Below are positions 26,382 through 35,300 of a stretch of 53,798 bases of DNA, in pieces. Source of the stretch: a bacterium (GTDB lineage Bacteria > UBA6262 > WVXT01); assembly GCA_046759165.1 (NCBI GenBank), contig JBHIBS010000009.1, positions 1 to 53,798 on the forward strand, in the 5' to 3' direction. Each line of letters opens with the position of its first letter. Position 1 is the first letter of the stretch. The notes below the pieces were generated by a model that did no database searches, was not told the origin of the DNA, and worked only from the letters and a program-made list of their open reading frames with translations. Position numbers and translations under genes: made by a program.

Positions 26382-28517
26382 CTATTCCAGTGGAGCAGGA
26401 ATGGACAGTCCCCTTTCCTCTTCAGATTTTTTTTCGGTCAAGAAATAATCAGTCGGTTCTGTACCTTTTACAAATGGTAGCAAGACAGCATCCGGGCAGT
26501 CTTCTAAGGCTAAAAGCCCTGTTTTAGGGTCTATCTTCACAAAGACGATATTGGGGGGAACGGAGAATTCCAACACAGGAGTATCTTTTAGAGCTTCTTT
26601 CATAAATTCTGTCCACATAGGACAAGCTGCCACTGCTCCGCTCTTTCTTTCTCCCAGGGTTTGATTGTCGTCATATCCCACCCATACACCGGTCACTAGA
26701 TTGGGGACAAACCCGATAAACCAGGCATCAGTAAATTCATTGGTTGTGCCAGTCTTTCCCGCTCTTGGACGACCTATATGTTTGGTATACCAACCGGTTC
26801 CTCTCTCAGCAACTTCTCTCAATAGGTAGGTCATAATGTAGGCAGTTTGTGCCGATAGGACTACTTCCTCCTCTGGGAAATTCTCTTCCAGGACATTTCC
26901 GCTAGCGTCTTCAACTCGAATAATGGCGTAGGGCTTAGTTCTGATACCCTGGTTTGCCAGCACTCCATAAGCTGAAGTTATTTCCAGTGGTGTGAGTACT
27001 GATGAACCTAAGGCAAGAGATAGCGTCTTTTCCAGGGGACTTCGAATGCCCATCTTTTCAGCATAACTGGCTGCAGCAGTTGGTCTGACCCTGTCTAGTA
27101 ACTTTACCGCACAAACATTGATGGAGTAGGCCAAAGCATCGCGAAGCAAAGTACGTCCACGGAAAGTTTCTTTGTAGTTCTTAGGAATCCAGATTTTTTC
27201 AGGGTTTATATTTTTGACAATATCCGGGTCTATATCGGAGAGGTCTGTAGTGTTGGAAAGAAGTTTCCAGCTTATTCCATCATTGTAATAGGCAACTGGA
27301 GAATCTTCGATGGGACTTACCACTGTATAGCCATTATCGATAGCAGCGGTATAAATAAAAGGCTTAAATGCGCTTCCCGGTTGCCTTTTTGCCTGAACCA
27401 CTCTATTAAATTGACTCTCCTCAAAATCTCGGCCTCCTACCATTACCCTGATCTGTCCTGTGGCAGGATCGAGAGATACAATAGCGCCCTGGACTCTTCT
27501 CTCCGGGACTTTTTCCGTTTCTTCTAATCCTGTCTGTGGTGGCTCTTTGCTTTCTCTCTTTTTTATCTCGTCGAACTCATCCAGTTTTTTTGCCAGGACC
27601 TTTTCTGCAATCTTTTGCATTTTCAAGTCTAAAGTTGTGTAAATTTTCAGTCCGCCTTTAAATAGAGCATAACTTCCATATTTTGGCTCCAATATTTGTC
27701 TTAGGTACTCCACGAAATAAGAACCTTGAGACCTCCTCAATTGATGTTTTTCGAATGGTAGTGGATAGTAATTGGTCTCTTTTTCCTCGTCTTCCGTGAT
27801 GAATCCGCACTCCACCATTCTATGGAGCACAGTTGCTCTCCGTCGGTAAGCGCGGGCAACATCCTCAAAAGGGGAGTACCTGTTTGGCGCTCGCGGGAGG
27901 CCCGCCAGCATAGCCGATTCTGCCAGATTTAACTCTTGGATATCTTTTCCAAAATAGATACTGGCAGCTTCTTGAACTCCGTAAGCACCTTGACCAAAAT
28001 AGATCTGATTTAAGTATAACTGTAAAATTTCTTCTTTAGTATAATTCTTTTCTAACTGGATGGAGAGAAGTAATTCCTTTATCTTTCTTTCAATTGTTTT
28101 TTCCCTGGTTAAAAATAAGGCCTTGGCCAGTTGCTGAGTTATGGTACTTCCTCCTTCGACAATTTGGCGGTGCTTCAGGTTGGCCAGCATAGCCCTGGCA
28201 ATAGCATTCAAGTCTGCTCCCCAGTGTTTGAAGAACCTCTGGTCTTCAATAGCAATAACAGCGTTCTGGAGGTCTACTGGAATTTTGGAAAGAGGAACTA
28301 GGGCTCTTCTCTCCACGAAAAGTTCAGCAATAACTTCGCCATTGATATCGTAAATTTCAGTAATAAGGTTTGGTCTATACTCGTCAAGGGTATCAATGCG
28401 AGGTAGTTCCTTCAAGTAGTGTCTCAAAGTTATTAAGGAGATTACTAAGATTCCCAGAAGAGAGGCAGAAAGTATCCACATCAATATTCTATGAAATTTA
28501 CTTTTTATTGGAATCAC
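26382..28517 (-). CDS. Class A penicillin-binding protein (PBP1A family)
   Basis: Transglycosylase EDQRFFKHWG, GGSTITQQLAK, RKIKE; transpeptidase SAFK, SIN, KTGT. GTG 28517 follows GGAGG and precedes a TM helix. Confidence 0.95.
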   Translation of the reverse strand: MIPIKSKFHRILMWILSASLLGILVISLITLRHYLKELPRIDTLDEYRPNLITEIYDINGEVIAELFVERRALVPLSKIPVDLQNAVIAIEDQRFFKHWGADLNAIARAMLANLKHRQIVEGGSTITQQLAKALFLTREKTIERKIKELLLSIQLEKNYTKEEILQLYLNQIYFGQGAYGVQEAASIYFGKDIQELNLAESAMLAGLPRAPNRYSPFEDVARAYRRRATVLHRMVECGFITEDEEKETNYYPLPFEKHQLRRSQGSYFVEYLRQILEPKYGSYALFKGGLKIYTTLDLKMQKIAEKVLAKKLDEFDEIKKRESKEPPQTGLEETEKVPERRVQGAIVSLDPATGQIRVMVGGRDFEESQFNRVVQAKRQPGSAFKPFIYTAAIDNGYTVVSPIEDSPVAYYNDGISWKLLSNTTDLSDIDPDIVKNINPEKIWIPKNYKETFRGRTLLRDALAYSINVCAVKLLDRVRPTAAASYAEKMGIRSPLEKTLSLALGSSVLTPLEITSAYGVLANQGIRTKPYAIIRVEDASGNVLEENFPEEEVVLSAQTAYIMTYLLREVAERGTGWYTKHIGRPRAGKTGTTNEFTDAWFIGFVPNLVTGVWVGYDDNQTLGERKSGAVAACPMWTEFMKEALKDTPVLEFSVPPNIVFVKIDPKTGLLALEDCPDAVLLPFVKGTEPTDYFLTEKKSEEERGLSIPAPLE

Positions 28518-28549
28518 AAAACCCTCCGAAAATAATACAGACATATATT

Positions 28550-28600
28550 GTAGACGCAAATTCAATCTGTGCAAATTCCACAATTTGAAATTGTGCCTAC
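28550..28600. repeat. Inverted GTAG-REP doublet
   Basis: GTAG-ACGCAAATTCAATCTGTGC ... CACAATTTGAAATTGTG-C-CTAC; related to 53716-53737. Confidence 0.7.
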
Positions 28601-28613
28601 AAATCCTAAATAA

Positions 28614-28641
28614 ATTATATCAAATTAAAAAATTTTGTAAA
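28614..28641 (-). promoter_or_regulatory. Sigma70 promoter for the PBP1A block
   Basis: Minus strand TTTACA, 16-bp spacer, TGa-TATAAT (extended -10). Confidence 0.6.
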
Positions 28642-28664
28642 CATTTATCTTGTTCCCGTTGTAC

Positions 28665-28693
28665 TTGACAGGATTATATCTTTGTGGTAAAAT
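28665..28693 (+). promoter_or_regulatory. Sigma70 promoter for the transaldolase-like operon
   Basis: TTGACA, 17-bp spacer, TGg-TAAAAT (extended -10). Confidence 0.75.
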
Positions 28694-28725
28694 CTTCAAT
28701 ATAGTTCAGATTAACGGAGGGCAAA

Positions 28726-29928
28726 ATGATGGAAAAGCATGTACTGGAAAGGCTAGTGGAGATAAATCCTGCTGCCGAGATATGGTGGGATTCTTCACCG
28801 TTAGTCTACCAAAGTTGGGTGGAAGAGATGCTGAGAGAAGCAAAAGAAGAAGATAGGGAAATTATGAAAAGACAATTTACCAGACTCTATAATCCTGACA
28901 AACCCGAGGAGACGTTATTTAGAGGGGTAACCACAAACCCTCCTCTCTGCCTGAACGTATTCAAAACTTATGGAGATTACTGGGCAGAATTTGTAGATGG
29001 ACTTATTGAGAAGAATCCGGAAATAGATAAGGAGAACCTCTTCTGGATGACCTATAAGGAAATAGTCAAAAGAGGAGCCCAGATGTATTTTGGAGTTTTT
29101 GAGAAATCGAATCATAGATATGGATATATCTCAGCTCAGGTGGATCCCCGGGAGATATACAATGAGGAAAAGATGCTTGAGCAAGCCAAGGAACTGTCAA
29201 GCCTCAATCCTAACGTTATGATTAAGATTCCCGGCTCAAAAGAGGGTTATAGAATTATTAAAGTGTTGACTTCCATGGGAATACCTACCAATAATACTCT
29301 TGCCTTTACGCTTCCCCAGTTTTTAGTTTGCGCCAATGCGGTCAAAGAAGGACTGGAGATTGCCAAAAAGAATGGCGTTGACCTCTCCAGATGGAGGTCT
29401 GTTATAACTGATATGACAGCAAGGTATGGAGATTTGGGAGGTCTTATGAAAAAAGCTAAAGAGAAGGGAATTGAGCTTTCCGAGGCAGATGTCCGCTGGG
29501 CTGAACTAGCCATATTTAAGAAAGCCTACAAGCTCGTTAAGGAGAGAAACTACCCAAGTAAGATGCTGATATGCTCCATGCGTATCAGTCCGCCCATAAA
29601 TGGGAAACCGATTGCCTCCTGGCATGTAGAGAAGTTGGCTGGCGCAGATATCGTCTACACCTGTCCGCCGAAATATATTAAAGGATTAATGAAAATTAGT
29701 GATGATATTCAGTTCAGAGACCAAATAGAAGAAGAACCTCCAAAAGAGGTGCTGGATAAACTTCTTAGAATTCCTTACTTTGAGCAAGGTTATACAGAAG
29801 ACGGTCTTACGCCGGAGCAGTTTAATACCCACTCGGCTGTTCTGGCAACGGCTGAAGAGTTTTCCAATGCTACGAGAGGAATGGTCGACTTCGTTAATCA
29901 GCGATTGGAAAAGAAGAAAACAAAATAA
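28726..29928 (+). CDS. Transaldolase-family protein (divergent)
   Basis: WWDS, GVTTNP, ISAQVDP, NVMIKIPG (Schiff-base Lys), GIPTNNTL.F, SMR. Confidence 0.8.
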   Translation: MMEKHVLERLVEINPAAEIWWDSSPLVYQSWVEEMLREAKEEDREIMKRQFTRLYNPDKPEETLFRGVTTNPPLCLNVFKTYGDYWAEFVDGLIEKNPEIDKENLFWMTYKEIVKRGAQMYFGVFEKSNHRYGYISAQVDPREIYNEEKMLEQAKELSSLNPNVMIKIPGSKEGYRIIKVLTSMGIPTNNTLAFTLPQFLVCANAVKEGLEIAKKNGVDLSRWRSVITDMTARYGDLGGLMKKAKEKGIELSEADVRWAELAIFKKAYKLVKERNYPSKMLICSMRISPPINGKPIASWHVEKLAGADIVYTCPPKYIKGLMKISDDIQFRDQIEEEPPKEVLDKLLRIPYFEQGYTEDGLTPEQFNTHSAVLATAEEFSNATRGMVDFVNQRLEKKKTK

Positions 29929-29953
29929 AAAAAGTTGAATTAGAGAAAATTCC

Positions 29954-30862
29954 ATGGAAAACCATAAAGAAAATCTAGACGGTGTTTTTCTTCCCATAAC
30001 TACGCCTTTTTTAAAGGATGAGAATGTGGACTGGGATAGTCTCAAACATAATATGGGCTTTTATGCTAGATCTAAGGCCAAGGGCTTTTTGGTTTTGGGC
30101 AGTAATGGTGAGAACAAGGCTCTCGGTGAGGATGAAAAGCTAAAAATACTGGAGATAATTTTACAGTGTAAAGCACCCCACCAGAAAGTGATAAGCGCGT
30201 GCTTTGTAGAAACTACTCGACAAGCCCTCCATTTTATCAGGAAGGTTGAGTCTATGGAAATCGATTACTTTAATATGCTTCCTCCTTTCTATTTTCGTAG
30301 CCGGATGACCGACGAGGTATTGGCAGGATATTTCACTGAATGTGCTGACGGTTCCTTAAAACCGATTTTGCTGTACAATGCGCCAAAGTTTTCAGGAATA
30401 ACTCTTTCGCCAGAATTGGTAGCAAACCTGAGTGGACATAGAAATATAGTGGGGATAAAAGATAGCGCTTCCAGTGGTATCGAGAAGTTTATCGAGGCAG
30501 TTCCTGATGATTTTGTAGTGATGGCAGGGAGTATTAACTTCTTATTTCCAGCGGTTCTTTCAGGTGCCGTGGGGGGGGTGATTTCAATGGCCAACTATTT
30601 TCCAGATTTAACACATCAGCTCTACCTTTTGGGTAAAGAGAAGAATATGGAGGAAGGAGAGAAACTTCACCTCCGTCTTTCCACGATCAATAAGAAGATT
30701 TCCGGTGCATATGGTGTTGCTGGCGTGAAGGCGGCAATGGATTTGGTGGGACTTGGGGGTGGACTTCCCAGAAAACCCCTTCTGGGACTGAAAGAAGCTG
30801 AGAAAGAGAAGTTAAGAGAAGACCTTAAAGAGGCAGGACTTTTAAGGGGGAATAACAAATGA
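29954..30862 (+). CDS. DapA/NAL-family class I aldolase
   Basis: PITTPF, LGSNGE, LYNAP, VGIKDS, GVKAAM..G..GG.PRKPL. Confidence 0.88.
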   Translation: MENHKENLDGVFLPITTPFLKDENVDWDSLKHNMGFYARSKAKGFLVLGSNGENKALGEDEKLKILEIILQCKAPHQKVISACFVETTRQALHFIRKVESMEIDYFNMLPPFYFRSRMTDEVLAGYFTECADGSLKPILLYNAPKFSGITLSPELVANLSGHRNIVGIKDSASSGIEKFIEAVPDDFVVMAGSINFLFPAVLSGAVGGVISMANYFPDLTHQLYLLGKEKNMEEGEKLHLRLSTINKKISGAYGVAGVKAAMDLVGLGGGLPRKPLLGLKEAEKEKLREDLKEAGLLRGNNK

Positions 30863-32232
30863 CTCGACGAGGGGTTATACTCGCATTAGATATCGGGACA
30901 ACAGGTTTCAAACTCGGACTTTTTGACCGCGAAGCCGAACTCGTAGAGATGACAAACACTTACTATCCTATCAACACCTATGACGGAGATAAAGCCGATT
31001 CTGACCCTGAAAAATGGTGGGCAGGCTTCCTCGATTGTCACAAGCGTTTAAAGAGTTCATTGGAAGATGTTGAAGTTATGCCTATGGGCGTAACCACTCC
31101 CGGGGCAATGATTCTCGATGGAGAAGGTAATCCCTTGACTCCTGCAGTTCTTTTTATGGACAGGCGCTCTCCTAAACAGGCCCAAGAGATTCGAGACAAA
31201 ATCGGAGAAGAAAGACTCCTATCAGAGACAGCCAATCTTCCTGTTCCCGGGGGTTGTACTGCTTCTACTATTCTCTGGTGGAGAGATAACCTTCCTGAAG
31301 TCTACAAAAACGGACACATTTTTGGTCATACTAATACCTTTTTCGGCGCTCGCTTAACCGGTAAATTCGGTATGGATGCTTCCACAGGCTCTTTGACTGC
31401 CCTTTTCAATACGACCAGACCGGAGAGAGGTTGGAATCTTGAGATTGTCAGAGAGCTGGGAATTCCTGAAGAGAAGTTGCCACCCTTTGTTAATAGCTGG
31501 GAAGCTGTAGGAACTCTGAAGCCAGAGATGGCTAAGAAATTGAATCTCAAAGCAGGAATTCCGGTGTTGATGGGTGGGAATGATGTGGCTTGTGCCGATT
31601 TAAGCGTGGGATTGTCTGAACAGGGAAAGATAGTGGATATCTTGGGAACCTGCGAAATATTAACTACCTGTCTGGAGACTCCCATTTATTCGCCGAGACA
31701 CAATATACGGTGCCACGTAATTCCCGGTCGCTGGATAACTATGTTCGTTCTAAATACAGGGGGAGAAGCATTTAAATGGTTTGCTAAAGTATTTTGTCGG
31801 GATATGAGCTTAGATAATTTCTTTAAAGATTTTCTACCGGAAACTCTAAAGAAAATCCTTGAGCGGGAAAAGAAAGGAGAAGCTTTAGACCTCCCCGGTT
31901 TTCTTCCTTATTTGTCCGGAGACAGGTATTCTGTAGAGAATATATGGGCTTCCATCACTAATCTCCATCTATCCCATAGTCGTGAAGACATACTGGTGGG
32001 TATGGTTAAAACTTCAATGGAATTAACCGCTCAGCATCTCAAAGAGTTATCAGAGAAAGTTAAACTTTCCCAGGAATTGATTCTTACTGGCGGCGCTATC
32101 AATCCTGTTTTTATAGAAGCAAAGAGACGCTGGATGGGAGAATTCAAATACGTCATAAAAGAACAATCCTCACTGCAGGGATGTGCTGTTTTAGGCAAAA
32201 TGTTCCTGGAGGGTGCATTTAAGAAAGGATAA
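30859..32232 (+). CDS. FGGY-family carbohydrate kinase (xylulokinase-like)
   Basis: LALDIGTT, MDRRS, GGND, LGT, FLPYLSGDR, LTGGA; ATGA overlap with the upstream gene. Confidence 0.88.
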   Translation: MTRRGVILALDIGTTGFKLGLFDREAELVEMTNTYYPINTYDGDKADSDPEKWWAGFLDCHKRLKSSLEDVEVMPMGVTTPGAMILDGEGNPLTPAVLFMDRRSPKQAQEIRDKIGEERLLSETANLPVPGGCTASTILWWRDNLPEVYKNGHIFGHTNTFFGARLTGKFGMDASTGSLTALFNTTRPERGWNLEIVRELGIPEEKLPPFVNSWEAVGTLKPEMAKKLNLKAGIPVLMGGNDVACADLSVGLSEQGKIVDILGTCEILTTCLETPIYSPRHNIRCHVIPGRWITMFVLNTGGEAFKWFAKVFCRDMSLDNFFKDFLPETLKKILEREKKGEALDLPGFLPYLSGDRYSVENIWASITNLHLSHSREDILVGMVKTSMELTAQHLKELSEKVKLSQELILTGGAINPVFIEAKRRWMGEFKYVIKEQSSLQGCAVLGKMFLEGAFKKG

Positions 32233-32236
32233 TTTT

Positions 32237-32290
32237 ACCCCGGTAGAAATTTTGCGATATACCTTTGTGTACAGGCATTTCTAACGGGGT
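32237..32290. repeat. ACCCCGTTAGAAAT-type short palindromic element
   Basis: ACCCCGGTAGAAAT (32237-32250) and ATTTCTAACGGGGT (32277-32290), 13/14 complementary. Confidence 0.75.
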
Positions 32291-32318
32291 TTACTTTTTT
32301 TATTAAATATGGTAGAAT
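32290..32318 (+). promoter_or_regulatory. Sigma70 promoter for secA
   Basis: TTTACT, 17-bp spacer, TGg-TAGAAT. Confidence 0.55.
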
Positions 32319-32350
32319 TAATTAAAAAGAGTAACTGAAAGGGCGAAATT

Positions 32351-35300
32351 ATGGTTGGTTCCATTCTGAGAAAGATATTTGGGAGCAAGGCCCAGAGAGA
32401 CATCAAGAGGTACGAGCCGATTCTGGAGCTGGTAAACTCATTAGAACCCGCTATGAGCAAGCTTTCTGATGAGGAATTGAGAGCCAAGACGGATGAGTTC
32501 AGGCATCGAGTGAGCGAAAGAGCTAAGGAATATAGAGAAGAGTTGGAAAGGGCAGAGAATAGATTTAAGGAAGCAGTTTCGCCAGAGGAAAGACAGAAAG
32601 CAAAAGATGAATTGAAAAAGGTTAGAAATAGGGTGCTGGAGGATGTTTTACCTGAAGCTTTTGCTGTGGTCAGGGAAGTAGCTAAACGCACCCTGAATAT
32701 GCGCCACTTTGATGTGCAGATTATGGGTGGAGTTGTCCTCCATGAGGGCAAAATTGCTGAAATGGCTACAGGCGAAGGAAAGACCCTGGTGGCCACTCTA
32801 CCAGTCTATCTAAACAGTCTGGGAGGCTATAAGACTCATTTAGTTACGGTTAATGATTATTTAGCCAAGAGGGATGCTCAGTGGATGGGGCCAATTTATG
32901 AATGCTTAGGATTAACTGTTGGCTTTATCCAGCACGATATGTCTCCATCTGAACGGCGAATGGCCTACAGTTGCGATGTCACTTATGTAACAAATAATGA
33001 ACTCGGGTTTGACTATCTCAGGGATAATATGGCCCATTCTCTGGAAGAGTGCGTGTTGGGTAAGATGGAGTATGCTATAATTGATGAGGTGGATAGCATT
33101 TTAATAGATGAGGCAAGAACTCCTTTAATTATTTCTGGCCCGACTGAAAGGTCTCCAGAAATATATTATAAGGCGAATCGTATCATACCTCAACTTCAAG
33201 GAGTTTTTATTGTAAGTAAACTTGAGAGTAAAGTAAGACAAGAGAGGCAAGCTTCAAGACAATTAAGAGGCAGAGAAATCGTTGTTGAAGATGAAGTGAT
33301 TAAAGCCAAACAGCAGGGAATTGATTTAACAATGGACTATGACTATGTGGTAGAAGAAAAAAATGGGAATGTATATCTCACTGAAAATGGAGTAAACAAA
33401 TCTGCACACCTATTGGGAATTAATCCCCAGGACACCCAATGGACAGAGATGGACCATTACATTAAACAGTCTTTGCGTGCTTATAATTTGTTCTTGAGGG
33501 ACGTTCATTATGTAGTTAAAGATGGCCAGGTAGTTATTGTGGATGAGTTCACAGGAAGGTTGATGCCTGGGCGCAGGTGGAGTGATGGGTTACACCAGGC
33601 AATTGAGGCAAAAGAAAACTTAAGAATCGCTGAAGAGAATCAAACCTTAGCTACAATCACCTTCCAAAACTATTTCAAATTATATAACAAGCTGGCTGGT
33701 ATGACAGGGACAGCAGCTACAGAGGCAGAAGAGTTCTGGAAAATTTACGGACTTGATGTTGTTGTGATTCCAACGAATAAGCCACTAGATAGAACAAATT
33801 ATCCAGATGTAATTTACAAAACTGATAGAGAAAAGTGGCAAGCGATTGTGAAAGAAATAGAAAAGTGCCATAAAGAAGGAAGGCCAGTTTTAGTAGGTAC
33901 AACCTCAGTAGAAAAGAATGAAAAATTGAGCGAATTACTCAAGAAAGGAGGTATTCCACATATTGTATTAAATGCAAAGGACCATGAGGGAGAAGCGAAA
34001 ATAATTGCTCAAGCAGGAAGAGTAGGAAGGGTAACTGTAGCCACAAATATGGCCGGGCGAGGAATAGACATCGTATTAGGAGGTGAACCTAAAGAACTGA
34101 AGGGGGCCGTTCTTTCAAGTATTATATGCGAAGATTCACTTAAATATGTCTCTTCCATCGTTAGTAATTTTAAGTCACCAGAAGCAAAGTTCAATGGAAT
34201 AAAAGAAGATATATTATTCGGCTTAGAGAAAATGCGGGTTCTTCATCGTGGTTTTATAGACCATGAAGCTAGCAGAATTAAAGATTCACTTATCAATTTT
34301 GTTGAGGATTATACACCTTTCTATGAGGCCTTCTCTAACTATACCGCTAAGTTAAGAGAAGCAATTATTCAAGAACAAAAATATTTGGAAGAAATCTTTT
34401 CTATTACTGAAATTAGTACTAATGATTTGCAAGGACTGGATAAACTTTTGGAAAAATGCAAATCCAAAACGCAGGATTTAGAATACCGCTTTACTCGTAT
34501 AAAGCAAAATATGGAAGAGCTTATGGATTTGTTAAAAAAAGAAAAACCATTATTTGAAGATATAGTAAATAAGATAATTAGAATAGAAGAAGATAATAAA
34601 AATGAACTTGAAATTGTGAGTAAATTAAAAGAAGCAAAAGAAGAACAAGCGAAAGGCAAGAGAATTTCGCACGAGGAACTTGGTAAAAGAATTGGAGAAA
34701 TAGAGAAAAAATTAGAAAAGATTAAACAGGATTTCCATGTATTATCCGAAGAATACCTTTCAAGTCTAACTGAATACACTAGTGAATTTAAAGAATTGGA
34801 AATAATAAGAGAAGATTTGGATAAAAAAGTTTCTGACCGGCAGCTCATAAACATTAGAGAAAATCTTCTCGAAGAGTGGCGGTTTGCTGCGTATAGTAGA
34901 AAACTTAGTCCGAAACTAAATGAAGGAATAAATAATCTTGAAAATATAGTGAGAAACCAGTTTCAAAAGAAGATTTCGCCTGTAATAGATAGAGTAGAAA
35001 CCGCAGTCTTGGGTATTAGAATGTATCTAAGGGAATTTGAAGGAATTCGTCAAGATTTGCAGAAAGTAAATTCATTGTCCGAAGGAAAAATGGCATCAAA
35101 AGACCTTACTGCGATTAAAGATATTTCTGCGTTGTCAGCTGAAAGCCGGATGAAGATAGGAATTCTTTCTGAGGATTTTGAGGTTTATGCTAAAGAGCAC
35201 GAAAAGGTAGTAGAACTTGGGGGATTACATGTTATAGGAACTGAAAGACATGAGGCAAGAAGGATCGATAATCAACTAAGGGGACGTGCCGGAAGGCAGG

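Noticed and set aside
26248-26480. Short ORFs 26248-26448 and 26253-26480, plus 15141-15358 and 42930-43127
   Set aside because: They run through palindromic repeats or overlap real genes and have no recognisable motifs.
28518-28583. N-terminal extensions of PBP1A, DUF2148 (26104-26178) and PpdK (19268-19321) in the ORF track
   Set aside because: The extensions translate REP or element DNA; SD-supported starts lie downstream.
32281-32796. Antisense ORFs such as 32281-32796, 42-560, 34369-34854 and 20941-21405
   Set aside because: These are shadow frames opposite well-supported genes, with no SD or domain evidence.
34085-35194. Intein in SecA
   Set aside because: No N-terminal C/S splice block, no C-terminal HN followed by C/S/T, and no LAGLIDADG motif; the composition is coiled-coil-like.
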